From positions 1 to 33,134 of IMG/VR virus record IMGVR_UViG_3300029448_000195: DNA of 33,134 bases. One strand, given 5' to 3'. Source of the DNA: a virus (lineage: Duplodnaviria; Caudoviricetes). Every line of letters starts with the position of its first letter. Position 1 is the first letter of the stretch. The translations under genes and the position numbers were made by a program. Below, in pieces: positions 20,036 through 27,571 of the stretch. The notes beneath the pieces were generated by a model that saw only the letters and a program-made list of their open reading frames with translations, made no database searches and was not told where the DNA came from.

Positions 20036-20617
20036 ATGTGGGCTTTAATAGAAAACAATGAAATCAGCAAGGTCTTAACAAGACCAAAAGCAATAACCAT
20101 TGGGGATGTATCTTATCCGCAAAATATCTTTATGCTTTGGTCAAGCGAGGAACTTGAATCAATAGGTATTTATGAGGTAGTTGTAGATAACAGCAATTTA
20201 AAAAATGGTGAATACTATATCAACACAGATCAATCTTTTGATTGGAATGGTACTGAGGTGGTTGCATCCTATGGCGAAGCAACGCCTAAAGAATTAGATG
20301 ATACAACTGATCCAGAGACTGGCCATATTACGCATGGTCTTAAATGGAATCATAAAGAGGTTATTAAGAGCCAAGCCTATGGTTTATTGCAGCCCAATGA
20401 TTGGTATGTAGTAAGACACCAGGAAGCTGGTACTGACATACCAGAAGCCTGGGCCACATTTAGATCTGAGGTAAGAGCAACAGCAGCAGATATGCAAAGC
20501 AAGATTAATGTTTGTACCACAGTAGATGAGTTAGCAGCTTTGTATCAATACAACGATGCAGAGCCACCAGCAAGGCCCCTAGGTGAGTGGCCACAATCTC
20601 CAGATAATTCTGTATAA
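20036..20617 (+). CDS. Tail fibre assembly-like protein
   Basis: YPQNIF.LWS.EEL.SIGIYEV; LQPNDWYVVR...WATFRSEVR...WP resembles the chaperone at 13167. Confidence 0.68.
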   Translation: MWALIENNEISKVLTRPKAITIGDVSYPQNIFMLWSSEELESIGIYEVVVDNSNLKNGEYYINTDQSFDWNGTEVVASYGEATPKELDDTTDPETGHITHGLKWNHKEVIKSQAYGLLQPNDWYVVRHQEAGTDIPEAWATFRSEVRATAADMQSKINVCTTVDELAALYQYNDAEPPARPLGEWPQSPDNSV

Positions 20618-20625
20618 TTTAATTT

Positions 20626-20642
20626 TATAAACAACAAAAGGG
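20626..20642 (+). promoter_or_regulatory. 17-bp motif TATAAACAACAAAAGGG, copy 2
   Basis: Exact copy; preceded by TATAAT (20613-20618); upstream of ATG 20656. Confidence 0.85.
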
Positions 20643-20655
20643 AGTATTAATACTT

Positions 20656-20928
20656 ATGAACGATAAAAATAAAAAAACAGAAGAAGAAGTGGTAGTGGAT
20701 CCAGTGGTAATTAACATTGAGGATAATGATGGCAATGTTAGATCCTGGAAACAATCAGAATGCACAGAACATCAATTGCAACTGATTAGAGAGTTAGAGC
20801 CTATCTCTAAGGCCTTAGTAAATTTAGAAACTGAATTTGCCAGGGTAAACAGAGACAAGCAATACCGCTTAGATGATTTTATTGCAGCTGGCAAAGAAGC
20901 TGAAGCTGCTCAACCAGAGGAAAAATAA
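20656..20928 (+). CDS. Hypothetical acidic protein
   Basis: 90-aa ORF with SD GGAG. Confidence 0.7.
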   Translation: MNDKNKKTEEEVVVDPVVINIEDNDGNVRSWKQSECTEHQLQLIRELEPISKALVNLETEFARVNRDKQYRLDDFIAAGKEAEAAQPEEK

Positions 20929-20930
20929 TT

Positions 20931-21038
20931 ATGGATTTATTAATAATTACTGTACTTTTCGTTATCGCAACAGGTTTTGCAATTCGCAAATTTCAACCAG
21001 ATCGTTGGGCCAAGATTAAACAATTCTTGAAGTTCTAA
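20931..21038 (+). CDS. 35-aa single-TM protein (not in ORF track)
   Basis: MDLLIITVLFVIATGFAIRKFQPDRWAKIKQFLKF*; SD GAGG; TAATG coupling to the next gene. Confidence 0.7.
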   Translation: MDLLIITVLFVIATGFAIRKFQPDRWAKIKQFLKF

Positions 21039-21253
21039 TGCCTAACCCTAAGCCCACAGCTGCAACAGTACACACTGAGTTAGTTCGACATGAAACTGAG
21101 TGTTATGAACGCTGGAAAACTAATTTCAAGCAGCTGGACAAGCTAGAAGTTGCCATTGCTAAATTGCAATGGTGGCTAATAGGTGGGGTTACAACTATTG
21201 GTGTAACACTTTTTACGCTAATCATTACTCTTTTAATTAGGATAAATTACTAA
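21038..21253 (+). CDS. Coiled-coil protein with C-terminal TM helix (XhlA-like; lysis-associated)
   Basis: HETECYERW...LDKLE...WWLIGGVTTIGVTLFTLII. Confidence 0.7.
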   Translation: MPNPKPTAATVHTELVRHETECYERWKTNFKQLDKLEVAIAKLQWWLIGGVTTIGVTLFTLIITLLIRINY

Positions 21254-21732
21254 TGAAATTTAATAAAATCAAAAACATTGTTGGATCTCTGGCCCCAACT
21301 TTAGGATCTGCATTAGGCGGCCCAGTAGGCGGCATGGCTGCTAACTTAGTTGCAGAAGTTTTAGGCTGCGATCCAGCACCTAAAAAAATAGAACAAGCAA
21401 TACACAATGCAACGCCAGAGCAATTGTTGGCTTTAAAAAATGCTGAGTTAGAATTTGAGGCCCAAATGAAGCAAATGGATGTAGATGTATTTGCCCTGGA
21501 GACACAGGATATACAAAATGCCAGATCCACTTTTTCTAAAGATTGGACACCAAGATTTTTAGGATCTGTAACTGTGCTTGGTTTTATGGGTTACATCTTT
21601 TTAATTACGATCTATCCAGTTAACGAAAATGCAGATGATGTAGTTAATTTAATCCTGGGGTATTTCTCTGGAATCGCCTCAGCTGTTATTAGTTTTTATT
21701 TTGGGGCCAGCAATAAGGCCGAGGATAAATAA
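21253..21732 (+). CDS. Holin-like membrane protein
   Basis: APTLGSALGGPVGG; DIQNAR...DWTPRFL; two C-terminal TM helices ending SFYFGAS; adjacent to the endolysin. Confidence 0.75.
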   Translation: MKFNKIKNIVGSLAPTLGSALGGPVGGMAANLVAEVLGCDPAPKKIEQAIHNATPEQLLALKNAELEFEAQMKQMDVDVFALETQDIQNARSTFSKDWTPRFLGSVTVLGFMGYIFLITIYPVNENADDVVNLILGYFSGIASAVISFYFGASNKAEDK

Positions 21733-22199
21733 TGCACCAGGAAGATAAACATTTTGATAGATGCCTTATTAGATCCAGGCTTAAAGATTTTGAAGGTGTG
21801 GTTCTCCAGGCATACGAGTGTTCAGCTGGCTACACTTCAATTGGCATAGGCCGCAACCTGGACACCAGGGGCATAACAGAAGATGAGGCCATGTATTTAT
21901 TAAACAATGACATTGAATCTGTATTTAAAGATCTGGATAGACATCTGGCCATTTGGAGATCTTACCCATTAAAGGCCCAATATGTTTTTATAGATCTCTG
22001 CTTTAACCTGGGGATCCATACATTGTTATCTTTCAGAAAAACCCTGGCCTTTTGTGAATTAGGCGAATGGGAAAAAGCAGCTGCTGAATTACTTAATTCA
22101 AAATACGCCAGGCAAGTGGGGAGAAGGGCAATCTTTAATTCTGAAGAATTGGCTAAATGTCAAAATCCAACACAGACAACCACAACGCCAAACGCTTAG
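21732..22199 (+). CDS. Endolysin, T4-lysozyme-like (GH24)
   Basis: FEGVVLQAYECSAGYTSIGIGRNL aligns with the T4 lysozyme E11/D20/T26 region (here E, C, S); DLCFNLG; AAAELLNSKYARQVGRRA. Confidence 0.9.
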   Translation: MHQEDKHFDRCLIRSRLKDFEGVVLQAYECSAGYTSIGIGRNLDTRGITEDEAMYLLNNDIESVFKDLDRHLAIWRSYPLKAQYVFIDLCFNLGIHTLLSFRKTLAFCELGEWEKAAAELLNSKYARQVGRRAIFNSEELAKCQNPTQTTTTPNA

Positions 22200-22597
22200 G
22201 ATCCCTGGGCGAATCGTTAGTTAAGTCATGCTTGCTTGAATACTCAGATTTTTGCTATGAAACTTGCGAATCGCATCCAGCAGATCTCATCGTTGAATTT
22301 GGTAATGCCTTATATAAGGTGCAAGTTAAATCCAGGAACAAATCAAAAGAGGGCAAGTTCACATTTCCTATTGAAAGCCATAGGGCTAAATCTGATACAC
22401 ATAAACATTATCATTGCGATATTTATGCTTTTGTATTTTTCCCAGGTAAAAGAATCCTCTTTGTACCAAACACAAGCGGCCAGAAATATTTTATATTCCA
22501 AGAAACCGCCATTATTGATGGCATGGAGTTTTCGTCTCTCCAGGACACTTTAGATGCACTTTCACAGATCCCAGTATTAGATAATCTCCTGGAATAA
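22157..22597 (+). CDS. PD-(D/E)XK endonuclease
   Basis: GSLGE...PADLIVE...YKVQVKS...CDIYAFV. Confidence 0.8.
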   Translation: MSKSNTDNHNAKRLGSLGESLVKSCLLEYSDFCYETCESHPADLIVEFGNALYKVQVKSRNKSKEGKFTFPIESHRAKSDTHKHYHCDIYAFVFFPGKRILFVPNTSGQKYFIFQETAIIDGMEFSSLQDTLDALSQIPVLDNLLE

Positions 22598-22646
22598 TTA
22601 CGAATAATTGTAATTTTGCAGCTGACACCAGGTAAATAACTCGTAA
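22598..22646. repeat. 49-bp dyad element, copy B
   Basis: Direct-orientation partner of 525-573; begins immediately after the nuclease stop codon. Confidence 0.9.
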
Positions 22647-22674
22647 TTTAATTTATAAATAACAAACTAGAAAG

Positions 22675-22702
22675 TTGATAGTTATATATTTATATATATA
22701 AT
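22675..22702 (+). promoter_or_regulatory. Putative sigma70 early promoter
   Basis: TTGATA, 16-bp spacer, TATAAT in a very AT-rich intergenic region. Confidence 0.65.
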
Positions 22703-22751
22703 ACATAGTATGTTATTTATAAATTGGCTAAAAGCCTGGGAGAAACTTAAC

Positions 22752-22967
22752 ATGGAATATTACGAAGAAAAAATTTTAAGATTCAAAATTTTATCAAAGT
22801 TAAATGAAGAATCTGATACACCAGAAAATTGGTGTTTAACTGCAAGTGCATCATCTTTAGAAAATGCTGAGGCTATGTTAGACAGCCCAAGATTAAAAAG
22901 AAGATGTCTTGATTATAAAATTGTTGATGCTGGATCTGCTACAACAATAACCAGAGAGGTGTACTAA
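22752..22967 (+). CDS. Hypothetical early protein
   Basis: The SD GGGAG favours ATG 22752 (MEYYEEK...). Confidence 0.7.
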   Translation: MEYYEEKILRFKILSKLNEESDTPENWCLTASASSLENAEAMLDSPRLKRRCLDYKIVDAGSATTITREVY

Positions 22968-23344
22968 TGCAATACGAAGTATCACCAGAAAGCTATTTGT
23001 TAGACGAGAAGGCCAGCGATTATGAATCCTGGTCTTATTGGTCTGAAAAACATTTAGATCCGCAAAAGATCTGGGGCCATGGATGGTGCCATATTTATGG
23101 CAACAGAAATTGCACCTGGAAACTTAAAGACGAAAGCTGGCATTTACAAACAACTGCTATCTTTAAATACACTCACATTGATCTGCTAACTAATGACACT
23201 CCTTATGATTCAGTGTCATTAAGAAAGGCCATTGTTGAAGTTTGGTTTGGATCCTTAGCACCATTCGACCAGAACAAGAATAGAAAGGATGCAAGAAATT
23301 TAGGTGCAAAGATGCACAGAGCAAAATTAAAGGGGGTAGCATAA
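22967..23344 (+). CDS. Hypothetical Trp-rich protein
   Basis: 125 aa; TAATG-coupled; SD GAGG. Confidence 0.72.
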   Translation: MQYEVSPESYLLDEKASDYESWSYWSEKHLDPQKIWGHGWCHIYGNRNCTWKLKDESWHLQTTAIFKYTHIDLLTNDTPYDSVSLRKAIVEVWFGSLAPFDQNKNRKDARNLGAKMHRAKLKGVA

Positions 23345-23697
23345 TGGACTATAAAGAAACAGAAACTATTTATAGATACAGAGATCGATATCCAGGCGGC
23401 CAAAATCTAACAAGCGATAATTCACAAAAAAAATTGTGGATAAATCAAAAAGAAATGATCGTTGTAAAAAAATTATTATTTCTGGCCCAGGAGCAAGGAT
23501 GGTATTTTGTTGATGAATCTAATGAGTATGGAGAATTAAATAATTTTATAGATACCTTAGATACAAAACTGGCCAAAGCAATTTCAACTTTTGTAGCTGC
23601 TGGCTGGTTGAAACCGCACAATGCTTGTAAATTTATGCGAAAAGGTCAATTTTTAGAAAAGACCTTTAGCGAATATGAAAAAAATAGGAGTAATTAA
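23344..23697 (+). CDS. Hypothetical protein
   Basis: 117 aa; TAATG-coupled. Confidence 0.72.
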   Translation: MDYKETETIYRYRDRYPGGQNLTSDNSQKKLWINQKEMIVVKKLLFLAQEQGWYFVDESNEYGELNNFIDTLDTKLAKAISTFVAAGWLKPHNACKFMRKGQFLEKTFSEYEKNRSN

Positions 23698-23843
23698 TGG
23701 AAATTTTAATTTTTTTAGGCCTGGTATTTATACCTATCAAATACATATTTGATGCTTATATGGCCCACAGAAGGAGAATTAGGATCTGGAGACATATACC
23801 TATGTCTATGCGATTACACTACGATCAACGCAATGTTAAGTAG
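23697..23843 (+). CDS. 48-aa membrane peptide (not in ORF track)
   Basis: MEILIFLGLVFIPIKYIFDAYMAHRRRIRIWRH...; SD AGGAG; TAATG coupling. Confidence 0.68.
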   Translation: MEILIFLGLVFIPIKYIFDAYMAHRRRIRIWRHIPMSMRLHYDQRNVK

Positions 23844-23928
23844 TATTGATTGGAGTTTGGTTCAGCTGCAACTAGCAGCTGGGCTGGCCCCAGTTTTCGT
23901 TATTTTGTACTTTTTATATAAATCGTAG
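23833..23928 (+). CDS. 31-aa hydrophobic peptide (not in ORF track)
   Basis: MLSSIDWSLVQLQLAAGLAPVFVILYFLYKS*; overlaps the previous stop; no clear SD. Confidence 0.45.
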   Translation: MLSSIDWSLVQLQLAAGLAPVFVILYFLYKS

Positions 23929-23995
23929 TAGGATTGTTATCTTTAAATATATATAAATATAGAGGAGACTTTGTTATTTATAGGAGTTGAATAGG

Positions 23996-24688
23996 ATGGA
24001 GAATATTTTAAGAGAGACTTCTAATCTCATAAAATTAAGAAGAAGGGTGGTTGTTTACTTACCAAACAAAAAAGTAAAAACACGGCAGCTGGCCGCAGAT
24101 CTACTAAATTTACCAAAACACAATCAAGCTACTTGCTTAGATTTGTTTATAGATAAGCCCAGCAAAAAACCAAAAGATAAACCAGAACTAAGAAGGGCGG
24201 TTGCCTTATGCAATGATAGGAATGCAGATCTTATCATTCCAGATCTAGGAACCCTGGCCCAGAGCATACATTTTCTTGCTGAAGTATCTGGCTTAAAGCA
24301 TAAGCTGTATGGAGTAACCAGGCCTAACGGAGAAATCTTTTTGATGCCTCTGGACATACCAACACTGGCCAGCATATCAGCTAACATAAGAAAAGATGTT
24401 AGGGCCAAGACCAAGGCCAGGCTCCAGGAGTTAAAGGATCAAGGTGTACAGTTAGGATCTCCAGATCCCATGAAGGGCCTAGGTGTTGCTCATGCGGCCA
24501 ATAGATCTATTGCAGACGATTATGCCAGGCAAGTCATTCCAGAGATCCGTGAGATCCAGGCCCTAGGGCATAAGACTTTGATGGCCATAGCCAAGATGCT
24601 AAATGCCAGGGGCGTAAAGACTGCTAAGGGTGGCCAGTTTCATGCAACCACAGTTAAAAACATTTTAGATAGATCAAAATTTTTATAG
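23996..24688 (+). CDS. Serine recombinase (resolvase-like) homologue lacking catalytic residues
   Basis: DKPELRRAVALC...ADLII, KTKARL..LKDQGVQLGSP and TLMAIAKMLNARGVKTAKGGQFHATTVKNILDR match small phage serine recombinases, but YxRVS reads YLPNK and LDRLxR reads LGTLAQ. SD spacing favours ATG 23996. Confidence 0.82.
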   Translation: MENILRETSNLIKLRRRVVVYLPNKKVKTRQLAADLLNLPKHNQATCLDLFIDKPSKKPKDKPELRRAVALCNDRNADLIIPDLGTLAQSIHFLAEVSGLKHKLYGVTRPNGEIFLMPLDIPTLASISANIRKDVRAKTKARLQELKDQGVQLGSPDPMKGLGVAHAANRSIADDYARQVIPEIREIQALGHKTLMAIAKMLNARGVKTAKGGQFHATTVKNILDRSKFL

Positions 24689-24697
24689 GAGAAAATT

Positions 24698-25213
24698 ATG
24701 GATATGGACAAAAATACACTAAAGACATTTTGCAAATATCAGCAGACTGTATTGTTTGAGGAATTAGAGTTTCAAAAATTTAGCGAGACTGTTGTTACAG
24801 ATCCCCAGGAAAAGGTTGTTTCATATTATATTTTTGAACAGCACCTGGAGAATAATCATCCTTCACAAACAGATATTTTGTATGCCTTACGAATGTCTCA
24901 TTCAACTTTGCGAAAGATTTTAAAGAAGCTGATTAAGATAGGCTATATAAAAGAATGTGAAAAACATGATGCCAGGTTTACCCATTATCAGCCAACTGAA
25001 ATGGTGATAGAGGGTTTTAAGATCCACACGGCCAGACATTTTAAAACCTTGTTTAGCATCGCTACACAACTGCTGCAAGATAATAATACTATTGAAATAA
25101 TACGATCCGCTATTGATATTAAGCTGGGTTCTTACGCCAACCAAAAGCCATATGGTGATATGGATCTTGATAACATAAAAAAAATATTAGTTACTTTGGA
25201 AACTAAAAGATAA
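24698..25213 (+). CDS. Winged-helix (MarR-like) DNA-binding protein
   Basis: SQTDILYALRMSHSTLRKILKKLIKIGYI...DAR...YQPT. Confidence 0.72.
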   Translation: MDMDKNTLKTFCKYQQTVLFEELEFQKFSETVVTDPQEKVVSYYIFEQHLENNHPSQTDILYALRMSHSTLRKILKKLIKIGYIKECEKHDARFTHYQPTEMVIEGFKIHTARHFKTLFSIATQLLQDNNTIEIIRSAIDIKLGSYANQKPYGDMDLDNIKKILVTLETKR

Positions 25214-25247
25214 TAGTGTTGCGAATTAGCACTAATTTGGAACACTA
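25214..25247. promoter_or_regulatory. 34-bp dyad (operator and/or terminator hairpin)
   Basis: TAGTGTTGCGAATTAG-CA-CTAATTTGGAACACTA, arms match 14/16; a T-rich tract follows. Confidence 0.7.
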
Positions 25248-25274
25248 ATAATCTTTGTTTTTTTATTTAACATA

Positions 25275-25303
25275 TTGACTGACTTAATAAAAATAAATAT
25301 AAA
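25275..25303 (+). promoter_or_regulatory. Putative sigma70 promoter, possibly giving a near-leaderless mRNA
   Basis: TTGACT, 17-bp spacer, TATAAA; ATG 25315 has no SD. Confidence 0.5.
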
Positions 25304-25314
25304 TATACAAATAT

Positions 25315-25617
25315 ATGAGCAACGGACATACAACAAAATTTAGAACTCACACTGGCCCCAGGCAAACAGAAGGATATAGAAGGGAAGTGCCAGCTGCAAA
25401 AAGAATTACCATTCCAGCTGAGAACAAGGATCAATATGCAATGGCGGCCAAAGAATTTATGCAGCTGGGCCAGAAAATGCAAAAGGCTTTAAATCAAAAA
25501 ACATCTTTTATCAGCCAGAAAACTTATCTGGACTATTTAATTAATAACACCAATTGGAACCTAAAGGCCCATGCGGATGCAAACAACAACCCATATCACT
25601 ACAAAGGCAACACTTAA
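25315..25617 (+). CDS. Hypothetical protein
   Basis: 100-aa ORF. Confidence 0.68.
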   Translation: MSNGHTTKFRTHTGPRQTEGYRREVPAAKRITIPAENKDQYAMAAKEFMQLGQKMQKALNQKTSFISQKTYLDYLINNTNWNLKAHADANNNPYHYKGNT

Positions 25618-25659
25618 AACTGGGTGTACCCTTTTGATATTTACAAGGAGTTTATAAAC

Positions 25660-25992
25660 ATGGAACAATTTAACCAGCCAGAACTAAACCTTACAACAGT
25701 AGGTGATAGAGCCTCAAAAAATTTATGTAAAGTAAAAAAGACTTCGCATAATATATATTCAATCCAACAAGCCTATATTCCAGGCAGGGCAGACAAAACA
25801 GAAAAGTTAGGATCTAAAAGTATAGCACTTAATGTCATGGGAAAACCCCAGAAGGTGCGATTTAAAAGGAATCTCATTTCAGCTGTAACCAGTGAACATG
25901 GGGCAACCCTTTTGGAACTTATAAACCAAAAAGAGCCAATTATTCTCCGTGATTCCGTGGAAGAAGTCATTTATTTAATTAGATCTAAATAA
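25660..25992 (+). CDS. Hypothetical protein (C-terminus loosely FlbD/LytTR-like)
   Basis: The SD AAGGAG favours ATG 25660; ...NLISAVT...TLLEL...IILRDSVEEVIYLI. Confidence 0.65.
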   Translation: MEQFNQPELNLTTVGDRASKNLCKVKKTSHNIYSIQQAYIPGRADKTEKLGSKSIALNVMGKPQKVRFKRNLISAVTSEHGATLLELINQKEPIILRDSVEEVIYLIRSK

Positions 25993-26201
25993 TGAAATTG
26001 CATATTTCTAAATGCGAGGAATACAACATTGTTTATGTTTATAACAACAAAAGAGTAATGCAAAAAGAAGCAAGAAAATTTGGTTTTGAAGAACAAGGAA
26101 CAATTAATTTTAACCAGAGGCGTGTGGCCAGCATATTAGAAGCCATGCAAAAAATATCAGCCTACACAGGCAACACAATTGATTACAAATTAGGAAAATA
26201 A
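25992..26201 (+). CDS. Hypothetical protein
   Basis: 69 aa; TAATG-coupled. Confidence 0.62.
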   Translation: MKLHISKCEEYNIVYVYNNKRVMQKEARKFGFEEQGTINFNQRRVASILEAMQKISAYTGNTIDYKLGK

Positions 26202-26202
26202 T

Positions 26203-27150
26203 ATGGGAACAGTAGGAAAAATTACAGACGATGGTTACGCTTCATGCAGCTTGCTGCCAAGAATTTGGACTAAAGATGTTACAACTTTAGATAACTGCAT
26301 AAGAGCCAGGAAGGGCGAAAGTGTTAGAACGCCTGGTAACAGAATTACTGAAATGGGTAATGTTCTGGAAGAACCATGCATTAGGCGAGCAGCTGAGTTG
26401 CTTGGCCTGGAAGAATTAGAGGTAGATGTTAAAAAAAGATTTACCCATGACACTTTAGAGTTACAGGCTTCATTAGATGCAAGGGCCGTGGCAAATAACT
26501 TGGTGATACAAGATGATTCAGAGTGGGGTATATACACTCCTGGAGCAACCAAGGTACTGCTCAACGGCCCAGGAGTAATTGAAAACAAAGTTACCAGGGA
26601 TTACCCAGCAGCTGAGTTAGAGGAATGGAGAGGCCTAATACAAATGCAAGGCCAGATGGAAGTTATGGGATATGACTGGGGTGTTGTAAGTGTGCTTTAT
26701 CAATCAACAGATTTTAGACTTTATGTCTTTAAAAGAGATCCAACATTTGCAGCTGTTCTGGCTGAAAAGATTAATGACTTTGAAAGAAGGATCCAGGAAG
26801 AAGATTACTGGCCAGCCAAAGTTCCAGAGGATGTTCATAAAATTTACAAAGATCCCTATGGCAAAGAAGATGTCATAGAACTAGATGCCTCTGTTGAAGA
26901 TACAGTTAAGGATCTCCTGGCTGCAAAAGAATTAGAAAAAAATGCAACTGCAATAGTTAAAGATCTTAATTTAAAATTAATGGTTGAATTAGGCAATCAT
27001 GTCAAAGGCCGTGCTGGTGAATATGATCTTTCATTAGGAACAATTACCAGAAAGCCAACGCCAAAGAAAATGGTTCCAGCCAATCCAGGTGGAACTTATA
27101 GAGCAAAAACAGTAAGGGTTAAAAGAAGGGCCGCACCTGTAGGGAGTTAA
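26203..27150 (+). CDS. YqaJ/lambda-exonuclease family protein
   Basis: GNVLEE, QASLDA, VIENK and IQMQGQMEV motifs. Confidence 0.88.
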   Translation: MGTVGKITDDGYASCSLLPRIWTKDVTTLDNCIRARKGESVRTPGNRITEMGNVLEEPCIRRAAELLGLEELEVDVKKRFTHDTLELQASLDARAVANNLVIQDDSEWGIYTPGATKVLLNGPGVIENKVTRDYPAAELEEWRGLIQMQGQMEVMGYDWGVVSVLYQSTDFRLYVFKRDPTFAAVLAEKINDFERRIQEEDYWPAKVPEDVHKIYKDPYGKEDVIELDASVEDTVKDLLAAKELEKNATAIVKDLNLKLMVELGNHVKGRAGEYDLSLGTITRKPTPKKMVPANPGGTYRAKTVRVKRRAAPVGS

Positions 27151-27189
27151 CTTAGGAGAGTTATGCACGGCCCAGATAAAATTATAAAA

Positions 27190-27206
27190 TATAAACAACA
27201 AAAGGG
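27190..27206 (+). promoter_or_regulatory. 17-bp motif TATAAACAACAAAAGGG, copy 3
   Basis: Exact copy; followed by the imperfect palindrome GCTTTTATA-TAT-TATAAAAAGC. Confidence 0.85.
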
Positions 27207-27257
27207 GCTTTTATATATTATAAAAAGCAACTATATTTATACATGGAGAGTTTAATT

Positions 27258-27482
27258 ATGAATGAGTTTGATAAATACGAAGAACAAGGCGGCAAGGTCA
27301 ACTTGCGAGTATCGCCAGAACTAAGAAAAAAAATAAAACAAGTCAGCCTGGATAGGGAAGTGCCTATGCAAAGCATTGTTGAGTATTGCTTAAAAGTTTG
27401 CATTTATGCGATTGATAGCAATCCAACAAAAAGCGGCAGTGTTGTTTTAGATGTTGAGTTAGATCTTGAAAAAATATGCTAG
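27258..27482 (+). CDS. Ribbon-helix-helix (Arc-like) DNA-binding protein
   Basis: KVNLRVSPELRKKIKQVSLDREVPMQSIVEYCLK; the SD GGAG favours ATG 27258. Confidence 0.75.
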   Translation: MNEFDKYEEQGGKVNLRVSPELRKKIKQVSLDREVPMQSIVEYCLKVCIYAIDSNPTKSGSVVLDVELDLEKIC

Positions 27483-27571
27483 TTAGAGGCATAGAGATCC
27501 CAGAACATTTGCAACATTTACCAAGGCATAAGTTAATACTTTTGCTATACCTATTTGGCAGGGTTGTATGA
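27476..27571 (+). CDS. 31-aa hypothetical protein (not in ORF track)
   Basis: MLVRGIEIPEHLQHLPRHKLILLLYLFGRVV*; overlaps both neighbours, with ATGA coupling downstream. Confidence 0.6.
   Translation: MLVRGIEIPEHLQHLPRHKLILLLYLFGRVV

Noticed and set aside
21732-22199. Endolysin inactive because T4 D20 and T26 read C and S
   Set aside because: The catalytic Glu is intact, Asp-to-Cys is tolerated in T4-like lysozymes, and Thr-to-Ser is conservative.
525-22646. 49-bp pair as prophage attL/attR or transposon ends
   Set aside because: Phage genes continue on both sides with no host DNA, there is no transposase, and the only recombinase lacks catalytic residues.
23987-24100. Sequencing frameshift hiding the recombinase YxRVS motif
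   Set aside because: The frame is continuous, and the second motif (DRLxR) is independently substituted within a well-aligned segment.
25615-25636. GGGT-GT-ACCC followed by TTTT as a terminator
   Set aside because: The stem is only 4 bp with a 2-nt loop, too weak to support.
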